Positions 12,615 to 26,443 of a stretch of DNA of 64,000 bases are shown here, one piece after another. Under the pieces are notes generated by a model. That model was not told where the DNA came from, searched no databases, and was given only the letters and a program-made list of their open reading frames with translations. Source of the stretch: Eledone cirrhosa (taxonomy: Eukaryota); the NCBI GenBank assembly GCA_964016885.1, contig OZ024743.1, positions 144,274,001 through 144,338,000 of the forward strand. The letters run 5' to 3'. Position numbers and translations under genes: made by a program. How positions within the stretch are numbered: the stretch's first letter is position 1; every line of letters starts with the position of its first letter.

Positions 12615-13100
12615 TACCCATCACCTTACACATAATTATATCCATCTTTACCCAATCCACTATCCTACCTGTCATCTTATCCACCATCCTACCCGCCTTC
12701 CTACTCTCTTTCTTATCCACCATCCTACCTTACATCTCACCCACTATCATACCCACCATCTTACCCAACATTTTACCCACATTCCTACCCATCATCCTAC
12801 CCCCATATATCAACTATCCTATCCACCATCTTACCCACCATCCTACACACCCCAATCTAACCCATTATCATACCCACCATACTACCCACCATTCTATCCA
12901 TTATCCTACCCGCTATCCTACCCACTATTCTACCCACCATCCTACCCACCATCCTACCCATCATCCTACATACCACAATCTTACCTCCCATCCTACCCAT
13001 CATGTTACCCACTATCTTATCCACCATTTTTCATTGCCCTACTCACCTTCCTATTCACCATTGTATCCACCATCCTACCTACCATCTCTTTACCTGCCAC
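12615..13100. repeat. Degenerate 12-bp minisatellite (CCCACCATCCTA)n
   Basis: Visible tandem units. Confidence 0.9.
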
Positions 13101-13199
13101 TCTGGTTGGTAGAAGTCACCTCTGCTTCATATATTGTTTCTACTTTAGGCACAAGGCCAGCAATCACCCAGTGCATTACTGGTACTTTATTTTATATTG

Positions 13200-14770
13200 C
13201 CACTGGAATGTTACACTGTTGGTCAAGAGAGCATGCCTCTGTCCTACTGCATGAGCACCTGGAAGATGGAAGGCTCTTGCATTTGTTGGTGATGTGGAAT
13301 TTTATGTTTTTAGCACATGAGTAATCTCCTTTTTCTGTGTGGTGGTTAAAAATTTGCTGGTATTTTACACAAGGCCATACTGAGTAAATATAAAAAACTG
13401 ACCCTGCTAATTACCATGCCATCAATGATGAGACGAAGCATATAGCTACTACCCTCAAACAAGTTAGAATGCTTTGCTAAGAGAGAGAACAAGGATGACT
13501 TCACTAACAAACTGACCTGCATACTTATAAATCCCGCCAAAACTGAACTAGGTCTTGTAAGTAAGATCATAATTAAAAATATTAATAAAACTATTAGACA
13601 ACAATCCAACTTTAATCAGTGGGATAATACTTAAGTAGTTATAGATTGGTTTAACATCCCCAAACATTCAAATAATGTTAAGTTTACACAGTTTGATATA
13701 GTTGACTTTTACTCTTCAATCTCCAGGTTTTCACTAGTAATTTCCCATCTCTTGTATTTCACTAGTAATTTCACTAATATATACAATTTTGACTGTTTAA
13801 TAAATCCCACTATAGAAAAACCCTCCTCTTTAATAATGGGGACCCTCAGATAAAGAAATCCACAAATCAATGACCTATTTTATGTACTGATGGGATTATT
13901 TGACAGTGCTGATGTATGCTGATGCATGCGATTTATCTTGGACACATTGCATAAGAAATTCTCTGACTTCCATATGGGTCTATACAGTGATGATTGTCTG
14001 GCACTGTTGAGCCATAAAAGTGGCCACGACCTCGACACATTTAAAAAGGATCTGGTAATCCCCTTTAGCAACCTAGAACTAAAAGTTACAATCTCTATTA
14101 ACCTAATCAGCGTTAATTTCTTAGATGTTACTTGGACCTATACACGCATACAGATCCTTTCACAAATCCAGTGAAAAACTTAGATATATTCATAAGGATT
14201 CTAGTCACCTACCTATAATCTTCAAAATTCTCATCAATAATATTAGTAAGAGAGTATCCAACCTCTCTTCTAGGAAAGCTATCTTTGACAGGGCGACCCC
14301 CTACTACAACTTAGCTCTAACGAACAGTGGCTTCTTCGAGAGAATCTCTTACTCTCCAGATCACCACCCTATATCTAGCAAGAAAACATAAAGCCATCAC
14401 GTAGTTCTTGCTACTATTCATGCCCAACATTAACACTAATGTAGGTAGAAAATTCCTAGCAATTTTTGGTTCACACTTCCTTGTAGGCCATAAATACTGG
14501 CAAATTTTGAACTGCCACACAGTGAAAATAGGTTACTTGTATACTAAAAACATGAAATCCCACATCACCAACAAACACAAGAGCCTTCCACCTTCCAGAT
14601 GCTCATGCAGAAGGCCAGAAGCATGTCCCCTTGACCAAGAGTGATATATGAAGCAGAAATGACCTTCACCAACCAGAACTACCTAACAGAAGCCTGGACT
14701 GAGAGCCCTTTCAAAAGCCATTTCTTAAACCATGCAATAACCTTCAAACAAGCTAACAAGAAGCATACCA
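13200..14770 (+). mobile_element. Decayed Penelope-like element (RT + GIY-YIG remnants) with inverted upstream copy of its 3' part
   Basis: LINPAKTELG, QFDIVDFYSSI, GLYSDDCLA, SVNFLDVT, RYIHKDSSH and CSCRRPEACPLD motifs. 13200-13326 is the reverse complement of about 14530-14643. Confidence 0.85.
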
Positions 14771-14804
14771 TATATATATATATATCATCATCATTATCAT
14801 TGTT

Positions 14805-15385
14805 AATGTTTGATGCTTATAACAGTAAGGAAGAGGAGTTAGGGACCAACAATGTAGAAGAGCTGTGGGATAACTTGCTGAGGACTACAGAAAAGGCGCC
14901 AGGTAGACAAAGTGTGGCATGGTAGTGGAATAGTAGGGTAGATGAGGTGATTAAAGCTAAGAAACAGGCATGGAAATACTGGCAAAATGGAGAAGCAGGG
15001 AACAGTATCAAGACGTATGAAGAGAAGGTAGGTGCAAGGTATACATAGCAAAGAGGGAATAGAAAGTAAGAAGTTTACATGTTTTGCAATAATGAGAACC
15101 ATGAGGTGTTCTGGCAGTATGTCAGGGAAAATCAAGATGTTGCAGTGAAGTGCATCCAAAATAACAGCGGGACATTTGCCCTCACTGATGTTGAAAAGAA
15201 AGAGGCATGGAAGTGTTAAATGTGACTGTTAAATGAAGAGAATGCATGGAAGGAAGATGGTCAGCCTCACATAAACCTAACAGAGGGACCAGCCATCCAT
15301 GTTAGCAGTAGTATGGTAAGACAATTAAGCTTTATGAGGACAAACAAAGCAGCTAGATCATGAAAGATATTTGCTAAGGTGCTGA
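14805..15385 (+). mobile_element. Decayed RTE LINE fragment (EN-RT linker)
   Basis: W*WNSRVDEVIKAKKQAWKYW-like segment, followed by KKEAWK..LLNEENAW and KAA motifs. Multiple stops. Confidence 0.65.
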
Positions 15386-17337
15386 TACTTTTTTAATCAA
15401 CCTCAAAAGGGTGAAAGTTGATCTTGGCAGAATTTGAATTCACAGCACAGAATGTTGGAACAAATACCACAAAGTATTCTATCTAATGTTCTCATGATTC
15501 TGCCAATTCACTGCCTGACATAATCCTGCATGCCAACAAAAGGGTATACAGCGATATATTTTTAGGAAACCTAAGAATCATTTCTAGATTGCTTTTTGTC
15601 TCCAAGAGAGGTAAGGAAAGGGAATTCCTCTCAGAATTCAAGGATGCTGAGAGAATTTTTTTCAAGAGTCAGGCATCAGACATTCATGAGCTCTTCTTTG
15701 TATCTCTAGACCCTAGATCAATGTAGTAGCTAAGTCTCATTCACCTCCTCATAAGGATTCCAATATTGATCAGAAATGTAGTTTGTCTTAAACTTGCGAT
15801 TGTTACATTACATTTTGAAGGCTTTGTTTTGTTCTTTTTTCAATCCAAAAGCAGAAGATAGCTACAAAATATTTGTTGAACAAAGGAAGAGAGCCCCTTC
15901 AGTCAAGTCTGACCATGGATTTGCATATATGTGTATACAAGAGTAAAACCCGTCTAACCCATGCTAGCATGGAAGAACGGACGTAAAACGGTGATGATGA
16001 AAACGGTGTTTCAAGTTACATTCCTTTATGTCAAAAAGTAACTTAAACATTCAATAAATAGACATCGATAAAAGAAATATTGAAATAATGTAAACAATAT
16101 GTGGGTCCATGCCCTGTCTGAGAGGTTAGTGAGTGATTAAATGCTGAGTTGATCTGTGACAACCCATCCAACTCTTACTAGGAGGGAAAGTGGACATTAA
16201 ATGATGATGGTGATGATGATGATGATGAAATAAGTATTGGGAACGATATAGTTGCCACAACCCAATGTCTGAAACCTGTGAAAAGGTAAAAGAATAACTG
16301 TTACATCAATAATAACACTCACACTGACCCTAAGCGAATCATAGGGGTCTCATCTTGGGTCATTTTAATCTGGTAGTCCCCATTCCTCTTCAGTTCTGAT
16401 CACAGCTGATTTCTCCCTTAGAGAAAGAAAATAATTGACCCCTGTAATGGACAAAGGCAAAGTTGGCTTCAGCTGGATTTGATGTTAGAGCTCAGAGATT
16501 TGAAATGAATACCTTAAAGTATTTGATCCAATGCTCTGAGGACTCTGCTAATCCACTGTCTATCAATTATAACAAATAGTTCAAAGAATAATAATGTTTC
16601 TATAAAAGAAACCCTTTCCCAAATATCGTCTTTACTAGGATATTGTAAAACTTGTGAAAAATAAGCATCATTCCTCTTTCAAACAAACACCACCACTACA
16701 ACCAAAGAACTAACCTGAGAGAACACACAAACTTGTACAATGCTGGTAATAGGTTCAAAGCAGATGGGAAATGTAGCCCCCTTCCTCCACCCCATCTCCA
16801 ACTACTCATTAAGTATTTTAGTACTGTCTTCTTTCACTGATTTATTTTCAGAGAGAGAGCGCGAGAGAAGGGGAGAGAGATAAAGAGAGAGGAGGAGTGA
16901 AAGAGAGGGAGAGAGTAAGTGAGAAAGAAAAAGAGTCAACATCAGAATTGGATTGGTACTTTATTTATTGACCTCAAAAGGATGAAAAGCAGAGAACTGG
17001 AATGAATATCACAAGCATTCAATCTGATGCTCTAACAACTCTTGCCAATTTACCCCTGACAGGTATTTTAGTAATCAGTGTTCTATATATATATGGTTTA
17101 TGTATGGGTTACAGTTATATTTATGTACACTAGGTATTTTAATAAACAGTGTTCAATATATATGGTTTATGTATGGGTTATAGTTATATAGTGTATATTT
17201 ATAAGAATATATTGTTCTTATAAGAACTAAAACTTGAGGGGAGGGAGGAGTAAGTCCCTCAAAATCGTAAGGGCATGCCAACTGATCTACCTGTCCCTCT
17301 TCATCTTCTGTTCTAGCTTGCCTACACAAAAAACAAC

Positions 17338-18075
17338 CATCATCAACATCCTCATTATTATCGTTTTTATGTCCATTTTTCCATGATTGCATGAGTTGGG
17401 CTGGTCATTCTCAGCACAGCTTCTCTCTACTCACCGCCTTTCTTCATTATCTCCTCTGTGAATCTCAGAAATTTGAGGTCAGCTCTCACCACCTCAGCCC
17501 AGGTCTTTCTTGATCTACCTCTACTGTGACTTCCTTCCACTGGCATTTCCTGGCACTTCTTCACACATCGACCATCATTCATTTACACCATATGTCCATA
17601 CCAATGCAGTCTGCTCTCCTGCACACCACCTCGGATTCCTCTTAAGCCCAGTTTCTCTCTCAGATCAACCAATCTCTGCATTTCTCTCACATTTACATTG
17701 CATATCCAATGATGCATGGCTGCTTCATTTCTCTCCAGTCTACGCATATCTGCTATACTGCCCATGTTTCACTACCATGCAGCATTGCTCTTTGCACACA
17801 TACAGTTGTCTTTTTGTATGTAGGGAGAAACCTTTTGTTGTCAACAGAGAGTAGCTCTTTAAATTTCTTCCATCCTATGCTCATTCTAGCTATTATGCTC
17901 TCAGAGCGCCCTCCCCTGCTGCTAATTAAGTCACCTAGATAGCAAAAGATATCAACCACATCTATGAACACTTCTTGTATCTTGAAGAGGTTTATATCAC
18001 TGACACTCATTCCCTCGATTACTCCTGTGCATATTCTACATACAAAGTCTTCCTTTTCTGTTAGTCTACCCATTA
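17338..18075 (-). mobile_element. RTE LINE 3' fragment (PHD-containing family)
   Basis: FVCRIC, FCYLGD, MLHGSETW and RLHWYGH motifs, similar to 8052-9875. Confidence 0.85.
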
Positions 18076-19299
18076 TCCAACTACATCTCTTGTGTACATT
18101 TACATTGTGGACATTTACATTGTGAACACTGTATGGAGTTTATGCCAACTCCTTTTCTACATATTGAGCACGGTCACTTCCATCTATGTAAAATATTGTC
18201 ATGTTAACAAGATTCAGAAACCACATGTTATTTATTTCATTATAAAGCAGACAATATTAATAAAAATAAAAAAAATAGAAAGAAAAAATAGAAGCATGCT
18301 GCAAGTTAAGTCTACAAAAGTTTTTCTTTTCCTGATTATAACTATTTTCAGTGGTGTAGCTAGAATTTACAAGGTAGTGAATTGGCAGTGGTTAAGGCAT
18401 TGGATTAAAATAGCCTAAGTATTTGTTCTAGCTTGCTGCACTCAAGTTCAAATATCACTGAGGTTAAACCTTGTCTTTCATCTATTCGGGGTTAATAAAG
18501 TATCAGTCCAGTACTGAGATCAGTTCTTCCACTTTATTACCCCTTTCTCTCTCTAGAAGAAATCGCTTGTGTTCCAGCAGGTCAACATAGTGCCTCTATG
18601 ATTCCATTAAGGGCTAAGTGCTATTTGTCATCTTTTTTGTTAGAGTTTGTGCCACCCAGGATGTTCCTTGTGTTCCTTGCCCAACTTCTGTCCACCCAAA
18701 ATAAACACAAGCAAACATTCAAATCAAACATACTTTAACTCTTTTGATATCAAACTACCTGAAACCACCCCTGGTTCAACAATAGAAAGTTGTTTATCTT
18801 TAAATCATTTTATTTATCTACAAACCCTCCACCACAATTTGATGTTAAGTTATATTCCAAATACCGGCTTAATATTGTGAAAGATAGTTACATATTACTA
18901 AATTCCTCCAAATTATTATTTGTTTTCAAAATGATTTGAAAATCATAGGCAGTGACTTTCATTAAAAATATGGTAATGAAAAGGTTAAATAAAAAGAAAA
19001 AGTGCCATCTGGGACAGACTAACCCCCTTCCCCAACTATGGTGCTCTCTATTTCACTTCAGTTTGGTCACTAATGTCTTTGGGAATGGCATGAACATCAC
19101 CCCAAGTCATTATCTTCTCTATCATTCTTTCTTTACTGTTTCATAAATCCAACACTTTTCTGTTTGCACAAATAACTGGCAATAAATGTAAAGTACGAGA
19201 CTAAGTGATATATATATAGTAGGAACTCTCTCTCTTATATACACATATATACACCAGGTCTCTCACTATTGTGAGTAAATGGGAGCCCATGCACTGGCC

Positions 19300-19495
19300 A
19301 CCCTGCCACCCTGCTGCCCTGGTGGACAGAATAGAGAAGGCGTTTCCCAGGAGGATGGTGAGGGAGACATGCTGGAAGAGCCATTCCAGCTTGCCAGTCT
19401 CACACCTGTGTGTAGCCAATTCAGTGCCGATGGTGAGCAGGGAGGTAGCCCTAGGGCCAAGGACAGCAGAATTTCCCACTGCCACGGGCTCGACC
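19300..19495 (-). mobile_element. C-terminal fragment of a CRE-clade (restriction-like endonuclease) LINE
   Basis: EPVAV..VLGPRATSLL..LEWLFQHVSLTILLGNAFSILS resembles the WLFQRLSIAIQRGNA end of CRE-type elements. Confidence 0.65.
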
Positions 19496-20431
19496 AGACT
19501 AAGTTCTTTATGAAGTTTAGTGGGACTTAACTTTAGCTCTTTATCTTCTCTCTAAATTCATAATCCCATCAAGGTCAGCTTTACTTTTCTTATATTTAGG
19601 ATTGTTAACCCTTTTTATGATCTAAAACTGTTTATCTTAAAATGTTCAACATCATCATCATCACCATTTTATGTTTGTTTTTCATGTTGGCATGGATCAG
19701 ATGGTATGTCATGGTCTGAGACTTGATAATTTAAATGACTACATATTGCTCATACATTTCACTTTGACATGCTCTATGCCTGGATGCCCTCAAACTTTCT
19801 ATCATAATTTTATGTAAGAACCTTTGTTATGCAAAACCATGCATCAGCTTAACTCTTTTAATACCAAACTGCTGGAAACTGTGATATGAAACTGTTTATT
19901 TTAAAGTGTTTATATTTATTTAAAAAAAAAAAAAACTTTCATCCCAATTTTATGTAAAAATCTTTTTAAGTTAGGTGTCAAATCCCAACTTAATAATAAG
20001 AAAGTTAGTTACATTACTAAATCCCTCTAAATTCTTGATTATTTTCAAAATCCTAAGCAGTGACTTTCATTAAAAATATAGCAATAAAAGGGTTAATAAT
20101 GAAAAGTTACATTACTAAATCCCTCCAAAGTCTTGGTTGTTTTCAAAATTTATTGAAAATCATAAGCAGTGTCTCCCATTAGAAATATGGTAATGAAAGG
20201 GTTAAGTAAACACCAGCAGTGACATAATGAGGCCTTTCAGTGTCTTGTGGGTGTAGGGATCAAATATACCTTTGGTACCGTTATGCGAATTAACAGGCAT
20301 GATAGATGATAGATGATAGATCACAAGAAATGTTCTGCCCTTTCATACTTGCAGTTGAGAGTGACTTGCACCCTAGTTGCATATCCCTTGCTATGCTCCT
20401 GAGCCCCAGTATCTGACTCAATCACCTAGAT

Positions 20432-20870
20432 CAAGGATTGATAAACCTTTTTGGAGGTGGACCAGATTGGAAATGTCTTTATGACTTGTGGGTCAAGTCG
20501 AATAACAAATAAAACCATGATCATACAAAGCTAAGAGTTTAACATAGGGTAAAATAAATATTTTTTAATATTAAAGAATTGATTTTTTTGTTTTTGCTCT
20601 ATTCATTTATGAAAGTGAAAACATTCACTTTTTAAAATGGGCAAGCTTTCATTTTTTAACAAGTGTATTAATATAAAAACTGATTTATTTAGGCTACTGC
20701 AAAAATAAGATTATTTTCAATACTAAATTTTATAGTTCACTTACCAAGGATTGATAAGGAAGCCAAGGAATTGTTTTATGAAACATTACATTGTCAAGAA
20801 AGTCTGCATGTCAGACCAAATGAGGATGTGAGCTGCATTTAATCTGCGGGCTGTAGCTGGCCAACCCCTG
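20432..20870. mobile_element. Old hAT-like non-autonomous element
   Basis: Degenerate TIRs caaggattgataaacc / gctggccaacccctg, with a gcgggctgtag subterminal motif. Confidence 0.4.
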
Positions 20871-22379
20871 ACTTGGACCCTTAAAATAAATCATTGTTAA
20901 CCCTTCTGATATTAAACACCAGAAATCACGCCAGGTTTTATGATAAAATATTGCTTATTTTAAATTGTGCTTATCGAAATTTAAACCTTCTATCATAATT
21001 TCTTGTAAAAAAATGTTGTTAATTTATGTTCCAAACACAAACTTAAAAAAGAAAGCATTAATTAATTTACTAAATCCTGCTCTTCCAAATTATTGATTAT
21101 TTTCAAAACTTAATTGAAAATCATAGGCCGGGTGTCTTTCATCAGAAATATGTTAATAAAATAGCCAAATCTATTTTCATTATTTTTTTTAATTTGAAAT
21201 ATTTGATGATGTTAATATTATAGTTGCAAATGCATTATGGATGTAGATGTAGATAATGATGAGGTAGAAGTAAGCTAACGGCAAATTTAGGAATTATCTG
21301 ACATAACAAAAGACTTATGATTTTCAAATAAGTTTGAAAATAATCGAGAATTTGGAGGGATTTAGTTATATAACTAACTTTTTCGTTGTTAAGATGGAGT
21401 TTGGAACATAACTTAACAAAGGTTTTAACATAGAATTATGGTGGAAGGTTAATAGATAAATATATACACTTTAAAACAGTTTTGTATCATAAAACCAGTG
21501 GCAATTTCAAGTGGATATCAGAAAGGTTAAGTTTTTTTGTTACCATATTTGAAATAAAATACACTATAATTTTAAAATAATTTTGAAATTAATCAAGAAT
21601 ATTTAGTAATATAACTAACTTTCACATTATTAAGTTAGTCCTTAGAACATAACTTAACAAAGGTTTCTACATAAAATTATGATGGAAGGTTTTTAGAAAC
21701 AGTTTTGTATGGTAGAACCAGGGGTGGGTTTAAGTGGTTTGATATAAAAAGTGAATATATTTTTATCTTTTTCTCTATTCAAAATTATTGATAATGTTGC
21801 TATTATTACAGTTGTAAATGTATAATACTGTGGCGATTTAGATGAAGGTGTAGGCATTGATTAGGTAGACATGAACTAACAAGAAATTGTAGTATCATCT
21901 GTAATAACAAAAGAAAGTTTCAAAAGTCCATTTGTTGAATATGTGCTGGAAAATAAGCAGAGACTTACCAAAGATTGCTGGTACAGGAGTTGGGGTGATG
22001 GCTAATGGGTACGTCCAGTCGCCATATGCTACTAAACTGACCTAAATCATAGAGAAAATAACAGAGATAGACGCTGAGAGAAATCTATTGATTAATGTTT
22101 ATGTGTAAGCTAAGTTGATGCTGTGCTACAGGTAAACTGTGCATCACCTCGTCTACTTTTATATTCTACTTATGTCAATTAGTCCACAGTTGCCAGCTGC
22201 ATGTTGGCCTATTAAACAACTATATAAACACACATTCACAATCACTCACACACACATTCATTTCTTCATTTGTCTTATACAAACACATATGCACGTAAAA
22301 CAAAACATGCAGTGCACACATTCACACATATACATGGTCATATAAAACAAAACAGGCATCATGCATTATATACATTGAA

Positions 22380-22710
22380 CATGTGTATATACATAAATAC
22401 ATACATACACACACATACATACATACATACAAACTTACATATTTACATTATACATTCATACATACACACATACATACATGTATACATACACACATACATT
22501 CATTCATACATACAAACTTATATATTTACACACATACATACACACATACATACATTCATACATACACACATACATACATATATACATGCATGCATACATA
22601 CACACATCCACATATATTCATACATCCACACATACATACATACATCCACACATATATACATACATCCACACATACATACATATATACATACATGCATACA
22701 TACACAATTG
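22380..22710. repeat. (CATA/CACA)n microsatellite
   Basis: Simple repeat. Confidence 0.95.
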
Positions 22711-22951
22711 CATAAGCAAAGAAAAAACTATATTGTTTTTTTTCTTTTTCTTGTCCTCTCTATCTTTTTACACATATATGGGGGTATGTGTGTGGAATTG
22801 TTTGCATGTGTGTATGCATATAAGTAAAAAAAATGTTTAACTTTTAAATAATTATTTTTTATTTTGTTTTATCTTATCTATTTACATATTTTATTCATTA
22901 ATTAATTGAATAACATGTATTTCATTAGAAATATGGGCATGAATGGATTAA

Positions 22952-23358
22952 GACTTTAGCATTTAAACCGGCTGTATCCGGCCAGAATTCTCTCACTTTT
23001 TTCTGTTCAAACTGACCCCAACCGGCCCCTCATATCAACGTTAAAGTATTGTTCTCAAAATAAATAATTGTTTCTACTTATGGCACAAAGCCAGCAATTA
23101 CCCAGTGCATTACTGGTACTTTATTTTATCGACCCCCGTAAGGATGAAAGGCAAAGTTAACCTCAGCGGGATTTGAACGCAGTCCGTAAAGGGACGTAAC
23201 TGTGCTGCAAAGCATGGCGTCCGACCCTCTACCGACACTGCCAATTCACATAATACCAAAATCTCATAGATTCAATATTATGTGAGATAACTATGTGAGA
23301 TAAAGCCTTTACTATGAAAATACAATAGTAAATATAGAATACTGTAAATGCTAAAGGG
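22952..23358. mobile_element. piggyBac-type MITE family A carrying an inserted SINE (about 23065-23250)
   Basis: TTAA on both sides, TIR (cc)ctttagcattta / taaatgctaaaggg. Related copies at 27613-28863, 38280-38486, about 42920-43315 and 43692-43896. Confidence 0.75.
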
Positions 23359-23439
23359 TTAAAATGATCTATGTGTTTTAAGCCTAATTTTGCTCTAATA
23401 GAATGCTGCCAATGAGAACATGGGATTTGGAACACAAAT

Positions 23440-23670
23440 TGTTTGCCGGCTTCCCTTCAACATTTTCTATTCACCTCCTCTTTTTGGCAATTTTCAAAGA
23501 AGTCATGTCCAATATAACATTTTCTCCTCTAGAATATATGATTATATGCACCACTTAACCACAAGGAACCATCAATATTGACATTTTTTAATGATTGCTT
23601 TAGTTGATCCCAGTACGAATACCTTGGACCTGACCTCCTATTAGACTCCTTCTTTCCTGCAATTCTCTGT
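23440..23670 (-). mobile_element. RTE LINE C-terminal fragment
   Basis: RRSGPRYSYWDQLKQSLKNVNID..W resembles the RTE ORF end. Confidence 0.5.
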
Positions 23671-24172
23671 ATGTGTATATATATACATATATATGTATAT
23701 GTATTTTGATTTGTGATTATTTTGCATTCTTGCAAGAATATACACAACTGAATTCATTCGTCAGATATAGGGGTTGCCTCCCTTGCCGATCCCCATGTGG
23801 GGTTAGCAATAGTCAGTCCTTGTATTAACATTGAACTAAAACCTGTTGAGAAAGTGGCTTCCTTGTTCAATCATCTTACCAGAAGCCTGACATTATTTAT
23901 GTAAGCGGACGGTTCTTGATTTAGGAGCCGCAGAAACCCATATACTGGATTTTACCAACCTTCCAGGGGTCCGGATAAATTTTCAATACCCAAATTACTT
24001 GATCGTTTTTTTGGCTATGCGAATGATTGTCTAACCATCGTCTCAGTGTGTTTGGCCTTTAACGTTTGTTATAGCTCTGGTTCTTCTGAATCATTGAGCA
24101 CTTGCCGCACATCTCGGAGGTTGTTTTTCGTTATTTCGTGGGCCGAAATGTGAATCTTGATAATTTATGTTT

Positions 24173-24760
<588 letters not shown>

Positions 24761-24796
24761 GCGTAGAAAATACAATGCAACGGGAAGAAACAATAG

Positions 24797-24840
24797 CACC
24801 ACTGATGATGTTGCAGATGTGCAACGAAAGAACTTTGATA
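24797..24840 (+). ncRNA. Minimal type-I hammerhead ribozyme motif, degenerate stem I
   Basis: cacca-CTGATGA-t-gttgca(gatg)tgcaac-GAAA-GAAC-TT-tgata. Confidence 0.55.
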
Positions 24841-25041
24841 AACTATATATATGTGTTTGTGTCTATATTGTATCTGTATTTTTGACCGTTGAATTACAAT
24901 CATATTATAGGAGCATCCTTGGTTAAAAATAACCAGAATTTTCCTGAAAAGTGCTTTCATTGTTTAAGCTGAAAAAATTTGGTCCATTTAGTTTTCATTT
25001 TAGTTTTTCAATTTCTAAAAGACATTGTTTATTTGTTTTAA

Positions 25042-25284
25042 CCCTTTTGATACCAAATCATACAAAACTGCATTTGGTTCTCTGAAACCAAACCACCCAT
25101 TTTAAAAGGTTCCTATTTAAATAAAAATCTTTCAGCATAATTTGATACAAGAACCTTTTGTTAAGATACCTTACAAATAATATGTTAATAGAGAAGTAAT
25201 AAATCATTTTAGCAAATCCATTTAAATTCTTAAATAATTAATTGAAATACAGTGTATTTCATTTGAAATTTGGTTATGAAAAGG
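25042..25284. mobile_element. piggyBac-type MITE family B (representative copy)
   Basis: TTAA-ccctttt...aaaagg-TTAA. Related copies near 12040-12378, 18738-18985, 19850-20205, 20900-21160, 21310-21530, 39103-40190 (split by an RTE) and 44450-44660. Confidence 0.7.
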
Positions 25285-25779
25285 TTAAAAATATCAGGAT
25301 GGTTTTATGAATGGAAATCTTTGATTATGACCAAAAAGTGAGATTCACTGATTCAAATACATGATTTGTAAAACATGATCTTATTAACAGTCATAATATG
25401 CTGATATCTCTTTTACACCTAATTAAAGCACACAGAATTTACTAAATGCCAACAGACAAGGTGTAGCAAGGAAACATTCATTAAATGATGATGATGATGA
25501 TGATTTTTATCATTTTTTTTTTAGAATGCACCACAATTGCACCTTTGGCATATGATATGCTCAGTTATAGGCTATTAGTACCACCACTATAAATATATAG
25601 AAATGTATTTTCAATGTAAATATTTTGTATATTTACATAAATATACTAAATATAATCTTACCTAACCTAACCTGAGCTATCTTTATAGTAAGATTTGATT
25701 AGGCAACAAAATATTAGTGCATTTATGAAAATATAAAAAATATGCGTTATTGATAACGACTCTAGGTAGGGTTATTTTC

Positions 25780-26430
25780 AACATATTATTATTAATTTTA
25801 TTGTGCATCATTACTGTTTTACTGAGCACAGCTCTGTGTGCCTTGGGTATGAGCAATGTAGTTTTTGCTGATGTTTCTATTGTATTGATAGTACTTTTTG
25901 TAATATGTGGGCAGTGCCTAGTAGTGCTATCTTTTGTATGCTGTATATATTTGTAAGTCCTAGGCTTTTGGCTATGTATTTGTCTGTGTGTTTTTTTATC
26001 ATTCCTAGAGCACCTATTATTATAGGTATTGCTTCTGTTTTCATTTTCCACATTCAAGTTATTTCTATCTGTAGATCTTCGGAGAGTTTCTCTATTTCCT
26101 TGGAAGATATATTGTCTTCTGTGGGAATAGATACATCTATTAGAAGGCATTTTCTTTCTTTGTGGTCTTTGACTATAATATCTGGTCAGTTGGCCTTTAT
26201 CTCTGTCTGTATGTATTGGCATATTCCAGAGAATGGTTGCTTTGTCATTCTCTGACGCTTTTTCTGGTATGTGTTTGTACCATCTTTTTTCTGTTGGTAT
26301 TTCATAATGCTGGCATAAATTTCAATGTATGAACGTCCCAACTCTATCATGCCTGTGGATATATTCTTTTTTGGCTAGAGCTGGGCATCCAGAGACTATG
26401 TGGTTGATTGTTTCTTCCCTATCTCAACAT
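25780..26430 (-). mobile_element. R4/Dong-clade LINE 3' fragment (zinc-knuckle remnant + restriction-like endonuclease)
   Basis: ETINHIVSGCPALAKKEYIHRHD, PDIIV..CLLIDVSIP..KEIEKL, IPIIIGALG and QKIALLGTAHILQKVL motifs, frameshifted. Confidence 0.85.
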
Positions 26431-26443
26431 ATTATTATTATTA

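Noticed and set aside
20745-20803. Possible minus-strand exon with TTG|gtaagt donor
   Set aside because: Weak acceptor, and it lies within a hAT-like remnant.
23475-23528. Possible minus-strand exon
   Set aside because: Continuous with an RTE C-terminal fragment.
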